A stretch of DNA of 64,000 bases from Raillietiella orientalis (taxonomy: Eukaryota). Positions 49,400 to 60,900 of this stretch are shown piece by piece; within the stretch, counting starts at the first letter, position 1, and the number at the start of each line of letters is the position of its first letter. Made by a program: the position numbers and the translations under genes. The notes beneath the pieces are model-generated. The model made no database searches, was not told the origin of the DNA, and saw only the letters and a list, made by a program, of their open reading frames with translations. Where the stretch lies: the NCBI GenBank assembly GCA_036172245.1, contig JAYWIR010000061.1:124001-188000 (forward strand), written 5' to 3'.

Positions 49400-52300
49400 A
49401 CGGCAGTAGTGATCTCATGGGAAGACTGTTATTATTGGCCCTAGAATGATGGGACCTCGGTTCGTTCTTGCTGCTTTTCACGTTGGTATTCAGCCATGGA
49501 CCGAACCTGAGAACCATCTCATCATAGCTTGGGTTTTAGCGGCTTAGTTTTCATGCCGATATGAAGTGAGATTCCAGAAATCTCTTTCTTTAGGGAAAAT
49601 GATGCGTCATCTCAAAGATGTACTGTTTGAGATCTCTTCCCCCTGGTTCCGATTCGCGTTCGCTGGAGTGGAGCAAGGAAAACTCTTCTTCGTATTCCAC
49701 TCTTCTTCCAAAGAGGGGGCGGAGTCTCTGACATCCACAAGTCAGGTAGCTTCTTCTTCATCTTCACTCTCAACCTGATCGCACTGATGGTTCTTGAAAG
49801 CCCGATCGTGAGAATAACACGACCGGTTCTCCAGAAGCCTTTCTTGGCGAGCTGTTTCTACAATCCGGGTGTTTGCTCTGCATTTTGCTGAGGCTGAGGT
49901 CCAGTATTTCTCCTTTTCATGAGCCCTTTGTCTACCGCTCGGTGCAAAGAGTGAAAAGAACAAAATACCGAAGGTCGAATGCAAACTGGATGAACGATGA
50001 AAACTCCAGATGTAAATCCTTCCAGGAAACTCTGGTTTTCCTCATCGAGAGGCGACGTTTGCTTGTGAGTATAGGGCTCAGGAACGTCCATCCCCTAGGG
50101 AACGGGCACGCTGGAGGCCTCTTCTTCCGATGTAATAGTCGAGAGCTGCAAAGACAAAGGAGCCGTCGAGCTCCTTCACCGTAGCCAAAGTTTGCAATTC
50201 CATTTTCTATTCTCGGAGTGACTCCTGTACTCCCGAACGAACGGGAAGGCGAGACGTCACTTCTCCGGGACATCCCGGGTTTGCTACTGTCCTGGGAAAC
50301 TGCGGGGGTGAAATCCGCGCGCTCTCGAAGACAAGTGAGCGTTTCGTGCGGCAAATATGGGAATTGTGAAAAGGTGAAATTTATACCCTTTTGGTTCTAA
50401 AAGGCGCTGTGGAAGAGCTGATATATTTATAGCAATGCTGTCCTCGTTTCAGAGACCGATGCCAAGCATCCATGAACCAAAAGTGATTTCATCTCTGACG
50501 ACTCCATGAAAGTGCATGCGGCTCTCTCAATATCTTTCTGTCGGAGGTTTAAAAATGACCGCTGAAGAGTCACTTTATTGGAGAATGCATGGTCTCCCTC
50601 AAGGTCATGTACAGTGAGACCGGCTCGTCGTGCCGCTTCTGGGTGAGAAGAGGACACTGTTCACGTAGGGGGTTGACTGCTAGGAACCAAACCGTTCCCA
50701 TTCGTATGTGGAAAGCAGCCTAATGAAATTTTCGGATGATGTGGGACTTCCTCTGGGGACCCGTATCATTCGAAAAAAAAAAAGAAACGAGTTACCTAAT
50801 GTCCAGACTCCAAATAGAGCAGATCAAGGTGGCCCCTGAAAGGAAACGCGGGTCGCAGACTGCGGGAGAAAGTTCTCCCTGTGCTACCCCTTCCTCTGGA
50901 GCTCATAGCAATCCCACTTAAGTGCAGCATGGGGTGAGAGCTGCTCCTCACAGGGAAGAGCAGCCTTCGATATCCCTGCGATCTGCAGACCCTCGTCAGC
51001 TCTTCGCCATCTCCTGAACCAGCGGAGATGGCAGAGACAACCAGTCTCCTGTCCCGCCGGGAAAATCTTCACCCTTGAACCATCCCATCTCCCCCTAAAA
51101 GAAAAGTCCTGGAACTCATGCGTCCCTTGCATTCCAGTGGCCTCCGTCACGTACCGTGAGAATCCCCTATTATACCCTAGTAGCTTTTGGAGTCGACTTT
51201 CGTTTGTTCCAGGTTCTTCTAAGCGTCATCATCAGCACGATCTTTCGGACATGAAACACGGCACTTCTAAGTAGCAGGGATCCTGAGACGTCAGAGCTTC
51301 TTCGCTCTTTCTGATTTGCAACGAGCTTCTAGGCTTTCGAAAATTCTGGGCACTTTATGAGGGCTTTCGATTCGGACCCCCTGCCTGAGGAACAGCTACT
51401 CGGGACCCGAGGGGAATTGCGTTCTCATAGGAGCACCCGGTCTTCTTCTTTTTTTTTTTCCTCAACACTTTCATTGCACCCTTTTTTTCTTCTGTGCACA
51501 GCTGCACTGAAGTATTTGTGAAAGATGTGCACTGCTCCGCCCACTCGGAGATGCGTGTTAACTCTTCAAGTTGGGGGAGCACCCCGGGAGGAAGGAGATC
51601 ACCCCACGAATCCAGGAAGGACACCGGAGAAAGGAGTCCATTCCTCTCATGCTAGAAAACCCTCCACTCTGGTTGTCTCCGAAGGTAACCACGAAGAAAA
51701 CCTCCTTCCTTATTCACTCCGGAGGGACCTGCTTGATAGAAGGGCCACCACTCCATCATTTCTTTTCCGAAGGTAACCTGGAATGGATCCACTCCCGGAA
51801 TTTCTCCCCCGAAGGGAACCCGCAAGGAAATCGCTCCTATTTGCTTCTCTGAAGAGAGCTCCGATGGGAGGTTTCCAGATGTCTGTGGAGGGCGCTCCCC
51901 GAAGGGATGAGTGCGTTTCTTCACACTCTGGAGAGATACCGATCCCCCAACTCGATAGAGGGTCTTCCCCAGAGGGGGGAGGGCGGCTCCCTTCGCGCAA
52001 TCGCAGGGGAATTCCGAGAACAAGCCGTTCCTCGATTCCTGGAAAGACCCCGGAGGGTCCTCTTACAATGCCTGTCAATCAACGGGCCCATCCGATTTCC
52101 GGTTTTCACCAGTGCCACCCCAAGTTCTTCTCCTCCCTGTAGGCGAGAGCACCTCCTGAGAGGGATTTCGCAAGATTCCTGCTTCCGGAAGGTGCGCCAG
52201 AGATCGGGGAGGAGCTCAGGAGGAGCCTCGACGAGCCTTTCACAATGGGAGAGATCATCACCGCCATCGGAAAGCTCAAGAGGCGCAAGACTCCAGGAGA

Positions 52301-54975
52301 GGACGGCCTGCCTGCGGAGTTTTTCCAATGCTTTGCGGCGGAGCTGACCACCCTGATACAACCCTGCTGATACGAGAAATAGGCGACGTTCCCGCCTCAT
52401 TTCATTCAGCAAGGGTACGGTTCCTTCCCAAAGGAAGAGACCTACGGAGCATAAGCAACTGGCGGTCGATTACCGTGGTAAACGCGAACGCCAAGTTGCA
52501 ACCGAAACTGTGGACCGAGCCGCTGGGGTGGGTGGCAGAAAGCTTCATTAGCCCGGAGCAGTCGTATGCTGTTCCCGGGCGGAGCATGGACGCCAACCTG
52601 TTCTTCGCCAGCACATGGTTCGCGCTCCAACAAGAAAGAGGCAGGATGGACAACGGGAATTCCGGAGCGTCCGTCGGCCAGGGGAGGGAAGATCGGGTGG
52701 GAGTGGGAGCCCTTGCGGGCGTAGTCGACCTGCACAAGGCATCGACTGCGTAGACCAGGAGCTCCTTCTGGAACCGTTGGGACGCTTGGGTTTCCCGACC
52801 GCATTGTCGGCCTATCTGCGCTCCAGTTGGCGCCATGCGCTCATCAATATCTCTTTCAGTGGGCAGACGGTGCACGGCGTACCGGTTTACAGCAGGACGA
52901 CAGCCCTACTCTTTAGCATCTATTTCGAATTGGTGATGAGGACACTCAGGGAGACTCTAGCTCTCCACCCGCGCGTATGTCCCGGCACGCCTGCCGTCTC
53001 AGCATACGCGGACGATCTTCTGCTGTTGCTCCCCATGTCCACGCCGGCATGCGCACTCAACGATTTTTTCGAGTTTCTCATTCGTGGGACGGGCCTGAAC
53101 AAGGCGAAGTCGTCCGTGGTTCCCGTTGGTGCGTCGTGGGCAGGGCGGCCGGACTGGATTCGCCTGGGGATTCCCAACGGAACACCCAGGTAATTTAAGT
53201 ACCTGGGCGCTCCTTCTGAGGGGACTTTTTCTCCTCAGAAGCCTGGTACAGCCGTCTTCAGAAAGCACTGCAGGTGCTCGGCCCGTTCCAACAGGGCAGG
53301 TTCTCCCTGCCGGAGGGGGTCACGGTATAGAACACGTTTGTGGCCCCCCTCCTCCGCCCCTGGCTTTTTGTTTGCTCCCTTTGCCGCCATGCATTTGGAA
53401 GCGGACAAAGGATTTCCTCCGGATCGTCCTCTGAGGCAAAGGGAGGCTCCGAGTCCTCCCAAAGGACTTGTGTGCTCCTCTCAGGGACGGCGGTCTAGCC
53501 CAGGACTCCTGACGCTGGAGCGAATGGAGCTGCAGCTCTAGTTTTGAACTATTGCCCTTATGAAAAAATTATGGAGCACCACCTGGTGCCAATGTGTAGG
53601 TCTCCTCGTCCAGCAAGTCAATGACAGCGTGGAACTCGCGCCCTTTTTTGAGCCCCGTCCACTCAGTCTCATCCACGGCGGACTGCACCTGCGTCAGGTG
53701 GCCACGCAGCCAAGAAAAACGGATGGATCCCGTGCTGCTCCGCGAATGGTAGTGCCTTGCAGGCAATCGTTCGAACGTGGGGGAGGATCCAGGAGCCAAG
53801 CACGGAACAGATGCGACGTTTTATGTACGCGCGTAACAACAATTGCACGCTCGGGGAGATCCTGGAAGATCACGCGAACAGTGCATGGGCAAGCAGGACC
53901 TCCCACACTGCCGTGTTGCCCTTCCTTAGGGAGCACATGGGCAGCAGCCTTACGGCTAGATGGGAGATCACTGTGGAAATCTCCGGAAGGACTGAGCGAG
54001 TGGACGACGGGCCAGGTCACTGACGCCGCGATTCCGAGTGCTCGACCTCATGGACTTTTGCGCTTGGGCGTGCTACTTGGTATTCAGGAGGAAGACCTGC
54101 AGTGGCCCCCAGTGCTCATGAACACTCGCACCCTCTCTTGAATTGGCATGAGTCAGCATTGATGCTGCTGCACTGGGACCCCCCGTGCAACGCCCGCCGG
54201 CATCTGTGGATACGGGTGTGTGTGTATCCAAACTGTGCACGGTACAGGGAGCAGAAATCCCTCCCGCACCTCCTAGCGGACTGTGTTGCCCTCTGGACCC
54301 TTTGAAAATGCTTTGCCGCGATCCTTGGAGCCCCCGGCGGCAACTCCCGAGACTTTGTAAAGCGCCTCTTCCTGCGCGACGCCCTCACGCCGCCCGCATC
54401 CCCAGCAGCACTTAGCTGCCCACGCAGCGAGACCGGGGCTGCATGGAGCAGCACTGCCAGAGGAGGCCATCTACTTTGCTGTTCTCTTCAGGAAGGCAAC
54501 GTCAAGATAGTTCCATACGGGAACCATAAAACAGGAATTGGCCGGCATCCTTACAAGAATGCGGAGGACACCCTCCAGCACCCGGTGATCCCTTCCAGAA
54601 CCCCCTCCGTTTTTTCCGACTGTATGTTTTTTGTTTTATTTTTTCCTTCTTGTTTGTCTCCCCTTCCCTTGTGCTACGGAGGCGAACCCCGCTGGCGTGC
54701 GTGCCGGTTCCCGGCAGGTTCCTTCTCGTAATCACAAGTAACGTGGCAGGATCAAACGTCCTCCCACAGACATGGATGTTTCTTTTTTATAAATATGCGC
54801 CCCGGAGTGAGCGAGTGTCAACCAGTGCCACATCCGTCATCCTGTGGGTGAAACTCAAAACCCGCGACGCACCCAGCACTTTTTGATTCGTCGATCCTTC
54901 TCCGGGAGGGATTCGAACCCGCGGCGCTCGGTGCCACGGCTCAAAGGCCGCAGCCACCGCACGGCCGCGAACGAT
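49400..54975 (-). pseudogene. Most complete SNX9-like copy: head 54975-54821, Tx1 insert, SH3/linker 52118-51440, PX-BAR about 50650-49400
   Basis: Reverse complement of head and body aligns to 26660-27420. 'NGLFSEF' near 52010-52030, 'LQRSFLNLRQK' (50427-50657 ORF), and 'FPYLPHETL..ADFTP' near 50305-50365. Confidence 0.55.
52119..54820 (+). mobile_element. 5'-truncated Tx1-clade (L1 group) LINE: RT, CCHC finger, 3' UTR; frameshifted; 11-bp TSD
   Basis: 'LDEPFTMGEI..KTPGEDGLPAEFF', 'FLPKGRDLRSISNWRSI', 'EQSYAVPGRS', 'VDLHKA', 'AYADDL', 'FKYLG' and 'CVYPNCARYREQKSLPHLLADC'. ACCAGTGCCAC lies at both 52108-52118 and 54821-54831. Confidence 0.92.
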
Positions 54976-55317
54976 GTCTCTGTTTCGGTCCTCTGATGGC
55001 TGATCTGCCCTCTCTCCTTCTTATGGTCTCAAATTTCTACTTTTCAGCAAGACTTTCGCAAGTTTGCTTTCTTTAACGGCAGCTTTCGCCTCTTCGTCAG
55101 CGAAGGAGTTGAGACCCGACCGCCACTCTCTCTCCGCCATCATTTACTCAGAGAAAGCATCGACCCACCGGCAGCTCCCGAGGTGAGCTTCCTGGCGAAT
55201 CCTGCTTGTGCTGAATGGAGAATTTTCCTCTAATCTGCTCCCCTTGAAGCACTTCGCCGGGGTCTACGACGGGTGCGATGGGCAGGAAGGGGATGTTCCT
55301 TCCTTCGAGAGTCCGCT

Positions 55318-55400
55318 TCTCGTCGTCAGCTCTTCCCCGGGTGGCATTCGAACCCGCAACGCTCGGTGCCACGCGTGAGGAGTACGGCAGCCACACGGAC
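55318..55400 (-). repeat. Isolated head of the SNX9-like repeat (contains GGTTCGAA B-box-like motif)
   Basis: Closely similar to 54895-54960 (ttcgaacccgc..cgctcggtgccacg..gcagccac). Confidence 0.7.
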
Positions 55401-55409
55401 TTTGGTCCT

Positions 55410-56550
55410 TAACCAGGACGCTCCCGGAACGGAAAGCAGTAAAGCAGCAGACAGGTGAGACGAGGCAGCATTCTGTGGCTCCAGGAAACGGGTCCCAGAA
55501 AACCTGAAAGCGCAAGGGAAAGTCTCGGGAGCAAGTTTCCACGTCCTGTGAATCTCTCTCCGGCAGACCCTTGTTCCGCATTTGAGTCAGTTTGTTTCTT
55601 TTCTTCCACATCCTCTTTGCTTCGAAGCTTTCTGATCAAGAAGCTCCCTTTGTCGAGAGGAAGCAGCAACGCTCTTTTCAGCCGCAACGATCCTCGTTCT
55701 CTCGAACAGCTGAATAGTCATCTAGCTGAGGTAGATGATTGCATCCTCATGGTCCTCTGCTGAGATTAATTTCTCCTCCGCTATTTAATCCATTCAAAAT
55801 TCCGCTGCAGTGGATTGGCCAAGAGCATTCCGAACCAGCTTCCTTTTTTTTTTTTTTTTTATGTCCGCATCGACCGACGCGATGCTTTTCATTCCAAAAA
55901 TTCCCCAGTCAGCTTCGCTTCTCGTTCCCCTATTCCGTCAGGGGCGATTCCAGAATTCTTCCAACGTTCAGCCATTTCTATCCTCTTCCTGATTCTCGCA
56001 TTCAAATCTTTTGGATCGAGAAACAGGAGTTCGGCAGCTGCTGGGTACCTTAGAAGCGGCTCCTTTAGCAGAAAAAGGCAAGCGGCTGTCTTGTTGTGCA
56101 TGGAAGGACTCATCCTGGGTCCTTCCTGCGATGAGAATTCCAAAGAGCAGCGCATCAGGTCCCTGCAAGAAACCCACAGGATTACTCAAGTCGCGTCTGA
56201 TGAGAGCGAGATGAGAGGCACTCTCTCTCTTGCCCTGCTCTTGCGATGATGCAAGAGCCCTCACAACAAGTGATCTATCGCAAAACCTCACTAAAAATTC
56301 CCATCCAGCATGCAGCCTGGAGTCGACCAGTTGTGATTCCATCTGTCTGAAAAAAACCATCCATGAAGGAAGTTGGAAATGATAACAAGGTTACTGGGGA
56401 GCGAAGCTGCGTCATTGCACAGAGAATTCTCGCAAGCAATAAAAGAATCGCTTTTCTTTTTTCTTTCCTTTTTTTCTTTTTTCTGCGGCTTCCTACCATT
56501 CAGCAACGGAGAAGCTTACGATACGTAGGAAAGCACTCAGCACGAAAATG
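55410..56550 (-). pseudogene. SNX9-like PX end and BAR relic
   Basis: 'LHAGWEFL..QEQGKRESA' (cf. WxHFL..KQGKRKAE) and 'LDKGSFLIRKLRSKEDVEEKK' (cf. QKGA..KVKE...EEGK). Confidence 0.5.
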
Positions 56551-57599
56551 GTATTGACAGAAAAGTGTGTGGTCATTGCTACATCCAATTTTTACGGACT
56601 TCGAGAAGGTTCTGGGCCTGGGAAAACGAAAAATTTAGGGCAACCTTGATTGACTCTTGTACATAGAAGACAAGCAAATAAGGAACAACAAGGCATTCGT
56701 GTTGTTTTTATAAGGATAAAGAATTTATCCTTACAAGAAGTGACTAAGAATGAAAATTCACATTTCTCCTTCGGGCTTCCTGCTCTCTCCAGTACTTAGC
56801 AGCAAAAGAGACTTGAACCCAGGAAAGTTGTACTTTGGAAGGAAAACATGCCATCCTTGGCGTCAAAGGCATCGCTCCTCATTCGCCAGCACTGTAGAGG
56901 TAAACGACGGATGCAGAGCGAATTCGGTTGCTTTCTCCTTCTTCCTTTTTTTCCGGCTGTGTCCAGCACTTTCTAGGAGCTAGCACCGAACGAGCACTGG
57001 CTGACACTTCTCCACATTCGTGTATTCGATTTGGTCCGCTCACTCCATGTTCTTCAGGACAGTGACGAAAATTACTGCGTCTTCATATCTGTGGCTCTGA
57101 GAAACAAAGAAAGTCTCCTCTCTAAATCGTAGAAACGACGCGTCTGGAGCCTTGACGGCGGCGCGCAGTTGCATTTAGTTGTAGAGGATGTTCCTGAGCG
57201 GGCTCGAATGTAAGAATGGTGTGCCATTCTGAATGCTTTCTGCAACCGAGCTCACAAGCAATCAGGAGGCGCCTTCAACCTTTCACAAGGTCTCAGGGTC
57301 TCATGTTCCAATGCCAACAGTCAGCATCCCGGCTCCAGCCACCCCAGATCTTTCCGGACATATGAATGCCTTCTTGTCGCACTTAACCCAACCTAACCTG
57401 CCGGGTTTCTGAGTCCAGTCAAGCAGCAGGCTGACAGGCCCGACAGGCCTTCGACCGTGTCCAGCTTTCCTCTGTTTCGGCAAGCAGCCCTATAACAGCT
57501 GATTTTCGTCATGCCACCATCTTAAGACGCAGAAGGGGATGTTCCTGGTTTCTCACCGTTGTCTGCAGTGATTTCATTCAACACGATTTCCTTTTTCAG

Positions 57600-58560
57600 C
57601 TCACTCCTGTGGAAGCACTCTACTCAGCCCTTTTTTCAGTCCGTGGGAATAAACCAGGTTTGCAAGAATCTCCATTTTGTACTCATCGCAACCTGGAAAA
57701 CTCTGATGGCTCAAACGCGTCTTCCGTTTCCAGACAAACTTTCGACTTCTGCCTCCAGATCCCAAGGTGAAATTCGGGATGCAGGGAGGAATGATGGAAG
57801 GAACGTAAGTACATGAAAAATAATGAGAGAAGGAAGCTTTTGCGAAAAATCCTCCGCGTTGGTTTCCAGGGAAAAATAGAAACCTCCCGATTCCTACTGC
57901 CGCCTTACTAAACTTGAACAAATTTCTCGTTTGCCATTGTCTCTTTTTTGTTTTCACTTGAGCGCTGCACTCTCTCCAGTAGAGTGGGCTGCATTTACAT
58001 GCCGCATGGAGGTCCGTTTCTCCTCCTTGGGAACTTCATGAGGCATTGAAAAGAGAAGAAAGAGTTCCTACTCGATTCTGTCATGAGCTACACCCTTTAT
58101 TTTCGGTAGACTCTTCCACAGTCTCAAATACCTTCGACACTCTAGGGAACCGGGCAGCACTGACATGGCTACCATATCCTAGGATCAAGGTACCAGTCCG
58201 GAATCATGTTCCCATGAACAGGGATAAATTCTTTGATCTGCATTTCTGGATTTCGTAAAGATAGCTTTATTCTTGCTTTTACCGTCGGGATAAGCAATTC
58301 CTCATCTTGGCTCTGCGCTTCCTCCCTCACCTGTCAAAAGTGTGCCTCTGCTCAGAGCCCTTAATAGCATTTGAAATGCTCCTCGATCAGAGAATCTCCC
58401 GCACTGGATCGTACCGACTCCATTGCGAAAAACCAGACCAAACCCTTGCATTGCACAAGAGGAACCATGGCAGCACCATGCGGGCTAAAACACATTTCGC
58501 ATCATCCATCATGCTTCCTTCTTCCTCAGCTAATTTGCTGCGACTCCCTTCCATCAGCCG
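57600..58560 (-). mobile_element. Possible pogo/Fot1-type DDE transposase relic
   Basis: 'TLILGYGSHVS' near 58160-58192 (cf. LLILDGHxSH) and 'PP...MQP' near 57985-58012. The spacing is longer than canonical. Confidence 0.22.
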
Positions 58561-58899
58561 ATGAGAAAGTGCGCTTCTCGATTAGACATGGGGCAGCCTA
58601 TCCCTAGAAAGAGGTATGGCAGCGAATCGTGGAAAGGCATGGAGCGACTATCAGGGACTTGTCCTCATTGGAGAAGATGGAGCATCCCGCTATCCGTGCT
58701 TTGCATTCTTGCGTTCTGCGTGGAGAAGTCTGATCTGACCCTCTTCCCTTCCTCCTGCTCCCTTCCTCTTCCTCTCCTCTTCCTCCTCCTTTTCTCCTCC
58801 GCGTCATGGACGACACCTTTACAGCCGGAGACTGAGGCGAGGAGTTGACGTTTGTTCTCAGGTCTTCCCGTTGCTATGAGAAGAAACCGTTTACGATCG

Positions 58900-59450
58900 A
58901 TGCTAACTCCAGATGGAGGAACATCGGAGTTCTTTCGCTTATTCCCCCACCGAGCAAGTAAGGAACGCGTGCAAGTCGCTCTCAGGAATGGAAGGCTCGG
59001 TAACTTGCAGAGCCAACAGCAGAAGTAGTCGCTGCAAGAACTCGTTCAGAATAGCAAGAGCGGGTGGATTCTTCCACATTTGCGCAGCGCGTTTCTCTGA
59101 ACAGCAGTCATTCCGTGAGCTGGAAGTCATCATCATTTGCTAATCGCTAAGAGCTGCAGATATTAAAGGGAATTACGAAGAACCCCAACGGGCGTGAGCA
59201 TGATGAGGTGTCAGCGCTTTCCAAGCTCTTTGAGAGGAGACCGACTCATGGAAGCAATGAGGGAAATCCTCCGCAACGGATTCTCATGGTCGAAACAGTG
59301 GAACCAGGGGATCTCTTTGAAAAGGCAGGCATTAAGCCACGTCTTTCTCCACCTGGTTTGCCCCAGCGTTGGTGCACCATGAGACTGCTCAAGACCCATG
59401 AGACTCCTCCATCGCTAGGGAGATGGAATCACCCCGGAGAGTAGAAGGTA
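58900..59450 (-). pseudogene. SNX9-like PX relic
   Basis: ORF 58939-59136 'LNEFLQRLL...DLHAFLTC'; upstream 'TWLNACLFKEIP'; 59293-59309 matches 28744-28761. Confidence 0.55.
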
Positions 59451-59459
59451 AACCGTCCG

Positions 59460-60136
59460 GTCGTCAAGTCCATCGCGCCGTCGAGAGCGGCGCAGCTGGT
59501 TTGCGGAACCACGCTGGGGAGATCTGCATAAGAGCAGCAAAGATTCCCCGAGAATCCTCCAGGAGGGAACCTCCCGGGTCACGGACTTCCTTCACCCTTC
59601 CTCCTCCGTGAGACCGGCTCACCGCCATCTTTCGTGTGCCTCCACCCATTCTCGGAGAGGTTTCCCTGCGTCCGACAGCAGAAAGGCCGGGGAGAGAAAG
59701 CATCTCAGGGACATCCAAGAGTGCCCTCGGGAGCTGCTCAGAGGAAGGTTCACCTCTTGTGAGGCTGGCTGGTCGCCTCCTTGCTAACCTACTCTCTGCC
59801 GCGCGAGAGCAGCAGAAAAAGCCAAGATGGCGGCAGTTCCCGAGCGACGCTGCCCTCACGCAGGATGCTGTGGGATGGCTCAAACCGGGATGTGCAGCGC
59901 GAAGGGGCTAGGAACTCCTAAGACTGAGGCGCATCCTTCCTTATTCTCCAGTCCCTGCCCGTAGACAGGTCATCAAGAGTCGCGTTCGCCACCGCGAGGA
60001 CGCTTCCTTCAGCTTTCATTCATTTATTCGTTTGCCCCTCATTCCTATTTTTGTCCCCATCAGACCCTTCCATCCCGGTCTGGAAGTCGCTTGAACCCCT
60101 CTTTTTGTGTTTCCTTTGTTGTCGTTTCAAATAAAT
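59460..60136 (+). mobile_element. L1/Tx1-like 3' end relic
   Basis: 'GRESISG..ALGSC' finger relic, pyrimidine-rich UTR, and caaataaa near 60128-60135. Confidence 0.35.
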
Positions 60137-60259
60137 GGCATGGAATGCCTCCATCTTCATTTCTTCGAGCAATGTATCCCGGCCTTCTAAAGCTTAGGCT
60201 CCCCGGGAACAGATTGTGCGGCAACCTGGATGAGCAATAGAATGGAGTTCCTCCAGATT

Positions 60260-60900
60260 TTCATGCTGCCGATTCGAGGAGCAAAACACAGTTGCAGTGT
60301 CCATGCAGAGAGGAAGCTCTGATTAGGAAAGGATTGGGGGCATCCGGACGGGTTCCCTGGAGCTGCCAGTGCGCCCGAACGTCCGAAAGGCGGGCTGCCC
60401 GAGGAGTCCGCGAAGCAGCAGCAAACAAGAAGTCTGATTTTATTTTTGCCTTCAAAGCGGAAGCGCACAGTGGTGCTGCTGGCAGGGCGGGCCCGCTACC
60501 GTGCTATCCAAGAACGCAGATACGCGGCATCGCCGCTCTGTCTTACGAGGGTGTTTATAGCAGATCTTCGGGAGTGTTCCCGAAGCTGCTCTATAAATAG
60601 AAGAGCGGGCAACCCGGTCTCTCTCGCGCGGACGATAGCAACGCGCACCTGCGTTTGGATTCATCAACCGCAGATGATGAATTCAAGTCATCTCCGCAGC
60701 CATCGCGGGCTTTGCACCCTCGAAAGAATATCTCGCTTCTATTAGCTTCTAGAGAGTGAGAAGGGATGAGGAAGCAGCTGCTGTGGACAAAATGCTGCTG
60801 GAACAAACTGTAAGCTGACAAGCGTGGAGAGATGTCTTGATGGATAGATCGGTGGGGGCGCCTCAATGAGTTCTCTAATGAGGAAGGGGAAACAAAGAGT
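60260..60900 (-). pseudogene. Possible SNX9-like BAR C-terminal relic
   Basis: 60413-60450 resembles 47066-47098 and 25843-25855; weak peptide similarity only. Confidence 0.25.

Noticed and set aside
56711..56733. Perfect 10-bp hairpin as a Helitron end or terminator
   Set aside because: AT-rich and isolated, with no CTRR terminus or second copy.
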